DNA of 64,000 bases from an uncultured Clostridia bacterium (GTDB lineage Bacteria; Bacillota; Clostridia; TANB77; CAG-508). The stretch is taken from assembly GCA_934140005.1 (NCBI GenBank), contig CAKPBB010000001.1:159147-223146 (forward strand), written 5' to 3'. The notes under the pieces are model-generated. The model was not told where the DNA came from. It did not search any database and was given only the letters and a program-made list of their open reading frames with translations. The position numbers were made by a program, and so were the translations under genes. Positions within the stretch are counted from its first letter, which is position 1; every line of letters begins with the position of its first letter. This document shows, in pieces, positions 37,867 to 49,300 of the stretch.

Positions 37867-40800
37867 ATGCATAGCAAAATGTTTAAAAGAGTTTTAGCCG
37901 GAATTTTAGTATTCACTTTAACTTTTGCTAATCCTGCATTAGTAACTAAATCATTTGCAACTAGCATTTTTGATATGGTTAATAATCAGTCTGGAACTGG
38001 TAATAAAAATATCGAATTTAATGCTGGATTTGATGCTGAAAATGCAGAGAGCTTTTCAGCTATTTCTGATGTTAATAATGAGGATCTAGCAATTAACTTA
38101 AGACTTAATGTTAAAGATAAAGGCTATCTAAAAAACGGAAAAGTGCAAATCTTAGAAGGAACAGAAGGAGCAGGATTAAATTTTGAACTTAGAAAAGAAG
38201 ATTCAAAGTCTGAAAATTCAAGTAATGAGAATACAGATATTGCAAATTCAAATATAGAAAATAGCAATACTGAAAATGCAATAATTGAAGAAAGCAATAA
38301 TCAAAATACAGTTTCAGAGCCAATTGAAAATTCTTTTGAAACAGTTAATACACAAACAGAAGAAATGTTAACTGAAAATATGGGTAAGTTTCAAAATTTA
38401 GATGCAAATACATCAAAAGAGGCCGAAGCTAAAATTGATCAAAATTCTTCAAACAATAATGTTTCAAATGAAAATGTTACAGAGAACACAACAGTTTCAA
38501 ATGAAACAACTTCTACAAAAAATGAAAACACAGAAAAGAATGAAAAAGTAGAAGTTAAATCTGAAATGGTTGAAAGTATTGAAGATAACATAATATCTTT
38601 AAAACAAATTAATGCTGGTTCAGATGTTTTAATTTCTGTACCAATTGAGTACAAGAATGAAGAATATGTTAATTTGAAAAAACTATCAGATACAAGTAAA
38701 ATTATTTTTACAGGTATTTATGTAGATGGTAAAGGAAATGAGAATGAAGTTTCAAAAGAAGTAGATCTTACATTATTTTGGAAAGATGAAAGAAATGTTA
38801 AAATTACTACTGATGTTACAAAATACATTCCATATAAAACAAGTAACGGAAATGGAATTATTTTACAAACACTAGTAACTTTAGATAATACTACATCAAG
38901 AAAATCATTACCAGTAAAGAAAACAGAGTTAAGTGTTTCAGTACCTACAATAAATAATGTAAAACCAAATAATGTAACAATTACGGCAAACTCAACGGCA
39001 GGAACAAATGGTAAATCAAATGAAAATGTTGTATTTACATCAGACAATTGGTCATATAATCAAGAAGATAATACATTAAATATACATATTCAAAATGAAA
39101 GCCAAGTTGTAAAAATAGATAATACAGCAAATGATGTATTGAAAGATGCAGAGAAAGTCGTTAAGGAAGAAGAAAGATATTACAGTGTATCAGGAAAAGA
39201 TGAATATTCTATTACTTATTCATTTGAAAATATTGAAGCAATAGAAAACTTAAAATTAAATTCTAATGTATCAGGAAAGATGGAAACATTTACAGGAGAG
39301 AGTTCAAATGCACAAATTGTAGAAGTACAAGAAAATTATGAATTTAATTTAGATGGGCAAAAAGGTGAAATTGTTTCACTAGAAACTAATAATGAAACAA
39401 AAAATGTTTCAAAAGCATATACTTACTTAAATTATAATAATAAAGAAAATTATGAAATTAAATTTAATTCAAAAAATATAGTAAATATTTCTTATAAAGA
39501 TATAGTAGAAGGTATTAAATTAGAAGATAAAGATATTTACTATGTTGCAAAAGATGGCAATAAATATAGTACAACTGATGTTAAATATAAAACAATTTCT
39601 TTCCAAAAAGAAAATATTAATAACATTTTAGGTGAGGAAGGAAGAATTAGAATAACAGACGCATCTGGAAATGAAATTTCTACTATAAATAAAGAAACAG
39701 CAACAGATGAAAATGGAAATATCGTAATCGACTTAACAGATAAAAACTTGAGTAAATTATCAATTCAAACAAGTAAGCCAATTACTGATGGTAACTTAAT
39801 TATAAATGTAGAAAGAGCAATGAAAAAATCAGAATTTTCAAAAGAACAATATAAAAACTTTTCAACATTGATTTTTGAAAATGTAATTAAAGCTAAATAT
39901 AGCTATGTAGAAGCTGAAACAGAAATTGCTACTAATACAATTCAAACTAATTTAAGAGATACAATTACAAAAGCAAATTTAGTTATAGATAGAGACAGTT
40001 TATCAACAATTGCAATGAACAATGATGTTGAAATGAGAGTTGAATTAAACAATAATTTAGAAGAATCAGATGTTTATGGAAATTCAATTTTTGAAATAGA
40101 AATGCCAGCATATATCCAAAGAATGGATATAACAAATACAAATATTGTATATGGTGAAGGACTAGAAATTCAAAATGTAGAATTATTTGAAAGAGACGGA
40201 AGAGTATATATAAGAATTACATTGAATGGACAGCAAGAATATTTAAATTCTGGTGTTTTAACAAATGGTTGCAATATTGTAATAAATGCAAATATTCAAG
40301 TTAACCTATTTACACCAGCAATGGAACAACAAATAAATTTAACTTATACAAATAGCGAAGCAACAAATTATGAAAATAATCAAGAATATGGAAGTACAGC
40401 AAAAGCTATTTCATATTCAGCACCAACAGGATTACTTACAGTAAATACTACAAGCAATTATAATGAAGTTGGTAGTATGATTACTTCTGTAAGACAAGGT
40501 AAAAAAGAAGATACTATAGAAATTTATGCACCAGCTAAAACAGCAAAAATGGAAGTTATTGTGATGAATAACAACAAAAATACAATTTCTGATTTGACAA
40601 TTTTGGGAAGAATACCATTTAAAGGTGTAAAAGACATAGAAACTGGTGAAGATTTAGGAACAACATTAGATACAAAAATGGTAAGTAAAATGGTAGCTGA
40701 TTCTAATAATAGAGGAAACTTTAAAATATATTATTCAGAAAATCCAGAAGCTACAAAAGATTTAGAAAATACTGAAAATGCTTGGAAGCAAGATGTAGAA

Positions 40801-43326
40801 GATTTATCAAATATTAAATCATACTTAATTGTTCCAGAAACAACAGATTATATAATGAATGAAGCAGAAACATTAAGATTTACTTATGAATATGAAATAC
40901 CAGGAAATCTAGAACATAATACAGATATTTATGGTACATTCTTAGCTTATTATACAAATAATACTGAAATTGCTACTGTAAAAGAAACATCAACAGCAGA
41001 TAAAGTAGGATTAACAACAGGAGAAGGACCACAAGTAGACATATCTTTAAAATCAGATATTGAAAAGATAAAAGAGTTTGAAGAATTAAAGCTAACAACT
41101 TCAGTAACAAATACAGGAAAATCAGCAGCAAAAGATATAGTTGTTAAATTACCAATTCCAAATTATACAGAGTATGTTTCAGCATTAGCTAATAAAGAAA
41201 ATGTAACAACAAGTTTAGAAGATAATATGTCAGTATTTAAAATAGATAGTTTAGCTGTAAATGAAACGGTAAATCTAGAAACAACTATTAAAGTACAGGA
41301 TACTCCAGAAGAACAAAAAAATATAGAAGCTGTTGCTACTATAACAGCAAAAGATTTACAAAAAGAATTATCAACAAATACAGTATCTGTTGAATTAAAA
41401 CAAGCAGAAATGGCTATTGAAGTAATGACAGAAGAAGATAATACAGATGGAGGTAAAGTTATTTACAAAGAAGGAGAAGAGTATTTCTTTAATGCATATG
41501 TAGATAATTTAAAATCAGAAGAATTAACAAATGCAATTGTAAAACTTAAATTACCAGAAGAATTTAGTTTTGTAGAAGCATATATGCTTGGATATGAAGA
41601 AGATGGACTTACATCTAAGAAGATAGAAAATGCTACATATAATGAAAGCACAAGAGAAGTTATTTGGAAAACAGACAGTATAAGAGCTGATGGAGGAGAA
41701 CAATTTAACTTGACAATAAAAGTTAATGACTTACCATCAGGAACAACACAAAAAGATGTAACAATGAAATTTGAAACATCAGCAGATAATACAGAAACTT
41801 ATACTTCAAACGAAGTATTGAGTACAATTGCAAAACCAAGCTTAACAGTTTCTCAAAAGACTTTAACAACAAATACATATGTAAAAGAAGGAGAAACAAT
41901 TGAGTATGTGTTTGAAGTAAAAAATGAAGGTATTGTTGCAGCAGAAAAACTTACATTAAATGATAAAATACCAGATGGTTTAATTGTAAAGAAAATTGAC
42001 TATATTGCAAATGGAGTAGAATCTTCAAAAACAGTTTCTGAAAAAGATTCTGTAGAAATAAATACAGTTATTATGCCAGGTGAAGAATTAATTGTAAATG
42101 TAAAGGCACTTGCAGTTAGCCTAAATGGTATGCAAGAAAAAACTGTAACAAATGCAGCAACTGTATCAGCTAAAAATGTTGAAACAGTCAAAACAAATAC
42201 AATTACACACATAGTTGAAGCAACAGATAAATCTGAATTATATGATACAGCTGGAGAAACAACAAATACAGCTACATCTCAAATTCATTCATCAAATAGC
42301 AATCTTGTTAAAACTTATAAAATTACAGGTATTGCTTGGCTAGATGAAAATGGAAATGGTAAGAGAGATGAAGAAGAACAAAAAATGAGTGGTATAACAG
42401 CTCGTTTAGTAAATTCAGATACAGGAACTATTACAAAAACAACAGTTACAGATAGTAGAGGAGAATATACATTCTCAGGTATTGAAAATGGAAATTATTT
42501 AGTACTTTTTGATTATGACACAGTAAAATATACAGTAACAACATATAGACAGGCTGGAGTGGAAGCAAATGTTAATTCAGATGCTATTACTACAAAAATA
42601 GAACAAGATGGAAAACAAAGAAATGGTGCTGTAACAGATGTAATTACAATTCAAGATTTAAGTGTTTCAAACATAGATATAGGTTTTGTTTTAGCAGATA
42701 CATTTGATTTGAAACTAGACAAATCAGTAACAAAAATAACAGCACAAAACAAAGTTGGAACAAATAAAGCAGAATTTAATAATTCAAAACTTGCAAAAAT
42801 GGATGTAGCAGGAAAATATATATCTAGTACAGTAATCTATGTTGAATATAACATTTCAGTTTCAAATACTGGTGATGTAGCAGGATATGCTAAAAAGATA
42901 GTAGATTATATACCAGAAGGAATGACATTTAATTCAAGCTTGAATTCAGATTGGTATACAGGTACAGATGGTAACTTATATACATCAAGTTTAGCAGAAG
43001 TGGAATTAAAACCAGGTGAAACAAGAAACTTAAAATTAGTATTAACAAAACAAATGACTGAAGAAAATACAGGAATTGTAAACAACAATGCAGAAATATA
43101 TGAAGACTTCAATATATATGGAATTTCAGATAAGAATTCAACTCCAGGAAATAAAGTTCAAAATGAAAATGATATGAGCTCAGCAGATGCAATGTTAACA
43201 ATTAAAACAGGTGAAAGCCTAATTTATGTATCAGTAATAATAACAAGTGCAATTTTAGGAGCGATAGTAATATTTATAGCATATAACAAAATTGTAATTT
43301 CAAAAAGAAAGAGAGGTGGTGTTTAA
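37867..43326 (+). CDS. Giant secreted cell-surface protein 3 (1819 aa), paralogue of protein 1
   Basis: Signal peptide MHSKMFKRVLAGILVFTLTFANPALV. Blocks collinear with protein 1, e.g. LTNGCNIVINANIQV vs LTNGTNIVINANITV. GIAWLDENGNGKRDEEEQ is SdrD-B-like. C-terminus TIKTGE + TM + SKRKRGGV. Confidence 0.8.
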   Translation: MHSKMFKRVLAGILVFTLTFANPALVTKSFATSIFDMVNNQSGTGNKNIEFNAGFDAENAESFSAISDVNNEDLAINLRLNVKDKGYLKNGKVQILEGTEGAGLNFELRKEDSKSENSSNENTDIANSNIENSNTENAIIEESNNQNTVSEPIENSFETVNTQTEEMLTENMGKFQNLDANTSKEAEAKIDQNSSNNNVSNENVTENTTVSNETTSTKNENTEKNEKVEVKSEMVESIEDNIISLKQINAGSDVLISVPIEYKNEEYVNLKKLSDTSKIIFTGIYVDGKGNENEVSKEVDLTLFWKDERNVKITTDVTKYIPYKTSNGNGIILQTLVTLDNTTSRKSLPVKKTELSVSVPTINNVKPNNVTITANSTAGTNGKSNENVVFTSDNWSYNQEDNTLNIHIQNESQVVKIDNTANDVLKDAEKVVKEEERYYSVSGKDEYSITYSFENIEAIENLKLNSNVSGKMETFTGESSNAQIVEVQENYEFNLDGQKGEIVSLETNNETKNVSKAYTYLNYNNKENYEIKFNSKNIVNISYKDIVEGIKLEDKDIYYVAKDGNKYSTTDVKYKTISFQKENINNILGEEGRIRITDASGNEISTINKETATDENGNIVIDLTDKNLSKLSIQTSKPITDGNLIINVERAMKKSEFSKEQYKNFSTLIFENVIKAKYSYVEAETEIATNTIQTNLRDTITKANLVIDRDSLSTIAMNNDVEMRVELNNNLEESDVYGNSIFEIEMPAYIQRMDITNTNIVYGEGLEIQNVELFERDGRVYIRITLNGQQEYLNSGVLTNGCNIVINANIQVNLFTPAMEQQINLTYTNSEATNYENNQEYGSTAKAISYSAPTGLLTVNTTSNYNEVGSMITSVRQGKKEDTIEIYAPAKTAKMEVIVMNNNKNTISDLTILGRIPFKGVKDIETGEDLGTTLDTKMVSKMVADSNNRGNFKIYYSENPEATKDLENTENAWKQDVEDLSNIKSYLIVPETTDYIMNEAETLRFTYEYEIPGNLEHNTDIYGTFLAYYTNNTEIATVKETSTADKVGLTTGEGPQVDISLKSDIEKIKEFEELKLTTSVTNTGKSAAKDIVVKLPIPNYTEYVSALANKENVTTSLEDNMSVFKIDSLAVNETVNLETTIKVQDTPEEQKNIEAVATITAKDLQKELSTNTVSVELKQAEMAIEVMTEEDNTDGGKVIYKEGEEYFFNAYVDNLKSEELTNAIVKLKLPEEFSFVEAYMLGYEEDGLTSKKIENATYNESTREVIWKTDSIRADGGEQFNLTIKVNDLPSGTTQKDVTMKFETSADNTETYTSNEVLSTIAKPSLTVSQKTLTTNTYVKEGETIEYVFEVKNEGIVAAEKLTLNDKIPDGLIVKKIDYIANGVESSKTVSEKDSVEINTVIMPGEELIVNVKALAVSLNGMQEKTVTNAATVSAKNVETVKTNTITHIVEATDKSELYDTAGETTNTATSQIHSSNSNLVKTYKITGIAWLDENGNGKRDEEEQKMSGITARLVNSDTGTITKTTVTDSRGEYTFSGIENGNYLVLFDYDTVKYTVTTYRQAGVEANVNSDAITTKIEQDGKQRNGAVTDVITIQDLSVSNIDIGFVLADTFDLKLDKSVTKITAQNKVGTNKAEFNNSKLAKMDVAGKYISSTVIYVEYNISVSNTGDVAGYAKKIVDYIPEGMTFNSSLNSDWYTGTDGNLYTSSLAEVELKPGETRNLKLVLTKQMTEENTGIVNNNAEIYEDFNIYGISDKNSTPGNKVQNENDMSSADAMLTIKTGESLIYVSVIITSAILGAIVIFIAYNKIVISKRKRGGV

Positions 43327-43327
43327 T

Positions 43328-46300
43328 ATGAAGAACTTAAAAAATAAAACAATATTATATGTAGCATTAGTATTTTTAATAGTATTAGGCACCATATTTG
43401 GTTTAGCAACTTATGTAAGTGCAGAAATAGATGTTTCACAATCACAATTAGAATCCAAGGGGCAAGGTAGTCCTGCCCCAGGATATGTAACTTTGAAAGA
43501 TTTAAGAAGTAGATATGATATTTTGTGTTCTAAACATGGTGAACATTTACCAAGTTATAATAATACATTACTTATAACAGAAAGAGGAATGTTATCAGAA
43601 GGATATTTAAAACAAACTGATATTGGCAAGAGAGATTTTTACCAGGTAAGTGCAAGTGAAACAGAAAATTCACCATTTAAAAAAGGAACATATGAAAATC
43701 AAACTTATGGTTATTATAAGAAAAAGGCAACTTATGTAGCAAAACCAATGGAAGCATATGTATTATCAGAAATGGTAAGAGAAAAAATGGCAACAGCGAC
43801 AGATACAAATGTACAAATTGCTTGGTGGAACACAGAAGCTGGTATGAAAGGTGTTTTAACAGCAGCACCAGAAGCTTTAACTTTAGAAGCTAGAGACTTT
43901 GAAGCCTATATAGAAAAAATTGCTGTTTCAACGAACCCAAGTACATTTACATTACAAGATTATGAATTTCAAGTAAATGGTGTAACTTATGCAGGTCAAA
44001 TTGAAGCACCAGTATTAAAATATGAACCATCTTACAATAAAGATGCAAATCAAGATGGAAAAGAAGATAGATATGACAATGTTACAGTTTCATGGACAGG
44101 GGAAAAATACAGAATAGGTCCATTCTCTGTAAATTATGTAGAAAGCAAATCAAAACATGGTGACAGAGATGAAGTTATGTTTGCTGGTATCACAAATGCA
44201 AAAATCTATACAGACTTAGGTGAAGTACCAGAAGATAAATGGTCATTTGTATGGCTAGAAGGTCAAAGAGATGCAAATGATACACAAAAATATCCACATG
44301 CAAACGAAGTATTTTATATTGAAATGGATTTTATAGAAAATGCTAAATATTTCAAAAATTTACATTTTGATTTCAAATACATGAATGCTGGTGGAAAATA
44401 TGATGAATTAGAAGGAAAATATTTTAAGGCAAAATGGCAAGCAAAAAGCAAAGCACTATGGTGTTTATTAGGAAATCCATTCACATCTTGTACACATGGA
44501 TATATAACACCTCACATCATGGGTTGGGCTTACTGGGTAGAATTAACAAATTTAAAAGAATTTGATTCACAACTTTTAGCTTATGGTATTAAAGGTGCTA
44601 GATGGTATAAGACAGCAGAATTAGATTTCAATGGTGAAACAGAAATCGTAGAAAATCATAAAGCAACAATTCAAATAAAGAAAGTTGTAATTGATCAAGA
44701 AGGTAATGAATTAACATCATTAGATGATTCTATATTTACATTTAAACTTTACATAAATAATGTACTTTATGATACACTAAGATTAAAAGCAAATGAAACA
44801 GTTACCAAAACAATTAAATGGGGAGCTAACGAATCAAATCCATCATATAGAATTGAAGAAGTAAATGTTCCAAGCGGATACAATGTAGTAAATATTGAGA
44901 ACTCATCTGGTGTCTTATCAGATGGTTGGTTCCAAAATATTAGCGTAAAAGCAATAAACAGAGTAGATAGACATTCAGGATATATAAACATTCAAAAGAA
45001 AGTATTAGAAGTTGCTGAAAATGATGAAACATATAAATTTAATATTTATATAGATAATGTTCTTAATAGACAAGTTTCAATAACTATTCCAGCAGGACAA
45101 AAAGAGAATGGTATAACAGTAGGACCTTTTGAATGGAATGGTAATGATGCTCCAGTATATAGAGTTGAAGAAACTGAAATTCCAGAAAATGTTACTCAAT
45201 TCAATATGATAAATGAAAAAGGAAAATTGGTTGAAGGAACAGCTGGAACACCAGTAATTGTTACAGCAATAAATGATAACTCAGAAACAAAACAACATAA
45301 AGGTTATATAGAAATCACTAAAAAGATAACAGAAGTTTCTTTAGAAGATGAAACATATAAATTTGATGTATATATAAATGGAGAAAAATATCAAACAGTA
45401 GAAGTATTAGTTTCAGCAGGACAAACAACATCAAATCCAGTAGTAATTGGACCAATAACATGGAAAGGAACAAGAGCACCAAGTTATGAAGTAAGAGAAA
45501 TTGAGATTCCAGAAAATGTTAAACAGTTTAATATGGTTAATGCATCAGGAACTATTTTAGATGATGCAACTGGACAAAAAGTAATTGTAACAGCAATCAA
45601 CGATACTAGTACAGAGACGAAAGAACATAAAGGAAAATTAGTAATTACTAAAAAAGTTGATGGAAATGCATCAGTAAACAAAAAATTCAAATTTAAAATA
45701 ACAATAGGAAATGATGTATACTATGCAGAAATATCAAAAGATATTAGCTGGACACAAACAGTTAAATGGAAAGATGGAGAAAGTGCTCCAACATATAAAG
45801 TAGAAGAAATTGAAATCCCAGAAGGATATGAACAAGTAAGCATTACAAATGCTGAAGGAACTATAACTGAAGATCAAGATGTATATGTAGAAGCAATAAA
45901 CAAAGGTGATGATACAGAATATTCTGGAACAATCCGTGTAACTAAGAAAGTTGAAAATTCAACAGATACAAATACAAAATTCAAATTTAAAATAACAATT
46001 GGTGATACAACTTATACAAAGGAATTAGCAAATGGCGAAAGTTGGACAGAAAATGTTAAATGGATTGGTAAAGATAATGCACCAACATATAAAGTAGAAG
46101 AAGTTGAAGTTCCAAATGGATATACTTTAATAGGAATTGAGAATAGTACAGGAACATTACAAGAAAATAAAACAGTCGTTGTAAAAGCAACAAACAGAAA
46201 CAATGATGACAGAAACAGACAGGCACAAATTACAGTACGTAAAGAAGTTCAAATAGACGATAAAGTTAGAAATGATGTTGTAGAAGGAAGCTTCGAATTT

Positions 46301-49300
46301 GAAGTTACAATAGCAGGAACATTCGAAATGAATGGTGAAAGCATTGTAAATGGAAGCAAAACAATTAAACAAAGTATAAGAGCAGGAGAAAGTTTCTCAA
46401 CACCAACAATTACATGGAAAGGTGATAATGCTCCAACTTATAAAGTAACAGAAACAAAAATGCCAGATGGATGGAAACTTGTTGATATAACAAATGCATC
46501 AGGAGTTCTAGAGGATGGTGTAAATATTGAAGCTGTTTGTACAAACGAGTTCAAAATCACAGTAGAATATGAACTTACAATGCAAATGGGTGGTATTGTA
46601 TGGCATGATAAAGCATTAAATCCAGATGCTAAAAACACACCAGATTCAGTTCCAAACGGTAAATATGATGCAGGTTCAGAAGAAGGAATTGAAAAAGCAC
46701 AAGTAACAATTAAAAGATATTTGTGTGATGACAATGGAAATGTAATTTCTAGTACAGGAAATGCAAAAGCATGGGATGCAGATGGAAATGAAATTTCTTG
46801 GCCAGTATATACAGATGTTGATGGAACTTGGAATGTAGCAAAAGTAGAAATTACAGTTACAAAAGCAGGTGAATCAGGCAGAGTAAGATATGGTGTAGAA
46901 TTTGGATATGATGGTCAAACATATGAACCAACACAATTTTTAGTAACAGGAAATGGAAATGCAAGTGCATATAAAAATGCATCAAGAATAGATAGAGGAA
47001 ACTTCTTCTATGATTCAATGGCAATAGACAATGAAGCAGAGAGAGCACAATTTAATAGTAAATTTACAAATATTACAGGTGATGAAGCAATAACATCAGA
47101 TGGTAAAACAACAGGATATAGTACAAATGCTTTAGGAGCTAGAACAGCAACATTAAATTATGTTTCAACAGATTCATTAAACACAATGGGTACAACTAAA
47201 AAGGAATCTACATTAATTACAACAAAAGATGACCATAGTATTATAAATGATTTCTTAATGAAAGCTGAAACAACAACTGGTGGCTTAACATTCCCATTTG
47301 ATACAGCAATTCATTTAGAGAGTATTGATAAAAAGATCAATGAATTAGGAGCAACACATATTTATCATTATTCAGCAACTTATCCTTATTTACTAAGTAT
47401 AAACTTAGGTTTAGTTGAAAGAGAAGAAGCTGAGCTTGCAGCTACTAAAGATGTATATTCAGCAGCAGTTGTAATTGATCAAAAAATGTTAACATATAAA
47501 TATAATCAAGCAGTTGATTTTGAAAATGTAAAATATCAAGATTATTTGAATTTACAAGTAGAAATAACAGATGCTGATATAGAATATGAATTAGACTTAT
47601 ATAAAACAGATTATTATTATAGAGCAAAAATCTATGAAGAAAATGCAGAAGTTGCAGGAGCATTAAAGAAATTCTATAAATCTTTAGGATTTACAGCAGA
47701 TAATGCATTGGATACAGAAATGAATCTTGATGTATATGTAACTTATAAAGTTAGTGTATATAATGATTCACCAACATATTATGCATCAGTAAATGAACTT
47801 GTAGATTACTATGATGAAGATTATGAACTAGTAAATGTAGAAAAGAAGAGATATCTACAAGAGGCAAATGGTGTTGCTGTAAACCAAGTAACAACAATTG
47901 CAGAAACTCCATATTATAAAGTTGCAAAACAACAAGTAAATGGAAATAATGTAAGTTGGGAAACAACAAACGATAATCAAAACCCAGTAGTTTGGGAAAA
48001 TGCAGGAACTGTACATGGTTCAGATGGTATAACATATAATAAGATTAAAACAAGCTCAATAAGGGATGAAATATTAGCAACAGGTGAAAGAATTGACTTA
48101 TATTTAACATTTAGAGTAAAGACAGACGAAACATCAGCAGATGGAGTTCTAAATTGTGTAAGATTAGGAAGAAAAGCAAATATTGCAGAAATTTCAAATT
48201 ACTCAACTTATAACTCAAATAATAGAGCAGATGTAGCTGGTAAAGTAGATAAAGATTCAGCACCAAATAATATTAACATTACAGAATTTAACGAAAAATC
48301 TTGGTATGAAGATGATACTGATTCAGCACCAGCAATTACATTAACACTATATGATACATCAAGAGAAGTAAATGGTATTGCTTGGGAAGATAAAGAAGAT
48401 GTTCAAATTGAAAATGGATATGGTCAAACAGTTGGAAATGGAGTTTACGATCCAGGTGAAGAATTAATTGGTAACTTGACTACAGAATTGTGGGAAAAGG
48501 TTAGAGTAAAGAAAATTGACGATAATGGAAATGAAGTTCATGATGCAAATGGTGATATAGTATATACAGAATATGATTTCTTATGGCCAGAAGATTATGA
48601 AATTCAATCTGGAAAAACCTTAAAGGAATTAACAGGATTTGACTCAACAATTAAAACTGGCGTAGATGGTGCAAATAAAGGCAGATATAATTTTACAGGA
48701 GTTCCAACGGGTAACTATGTTGTAAGATTTGTATATGGAGATAGTGATGAAACTTCAGATCCAGCAAATTATGATGGTGATGGAATCCCAGCAGTATATA
48801 ATGGTCAAGACTTCAAGACTACAGCTTATGAAGTTGGATTTAGCAATATATCAGATACAAATTCAGATGGATATGTAGATAATGAATGGCATGATTTAGA
48901 AAATGAAGAACTTGCAAATACAAGAGTTTCAGATGCTAGAGATAGTGAAATAAGAAGACTTGAAATAACAGCAAAATCTAGAATTCTAACAAATTCAAAT
49001 ACAACAATTCTAAATTCTGCAAATAGCAGAAATGCAGATCATACAAAACTATATGAAGAATATTACATGACAGCTGATACAGCAAAAATCAACTTAAATA
49101 TTGAAAATATGATAAGTTTGAAGAAACAAACTGTAAATGTAACAAATCCATCAACTGGTATAATGGAAGAAATTGCGGCAGGTGAAGAAAAGCAAGTTGG
49201 AGGAATTACATTAAACTATACAAAAGGTAAAGTAAACCTTGCAAATGGTGGAAATACATCACTAGATAGATTAGACTTTACTTATGTGGTAAACAATATT

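Noticed and set aside
24097-48035. Many 60-180-aa minus-strand ORFs inside the four giant genes (e.g. 24906..25313, 26001..26999, 35673..36026, 47751..48035)
   Set aside because: Their L/H/Y/F-rich translations are the reverse-complement reading of E/K/N/T-rich low-GC coding sequence. They lack RBSs and lie entirely within long, well-supported plus-strand genes, so they are antisense artefacts.
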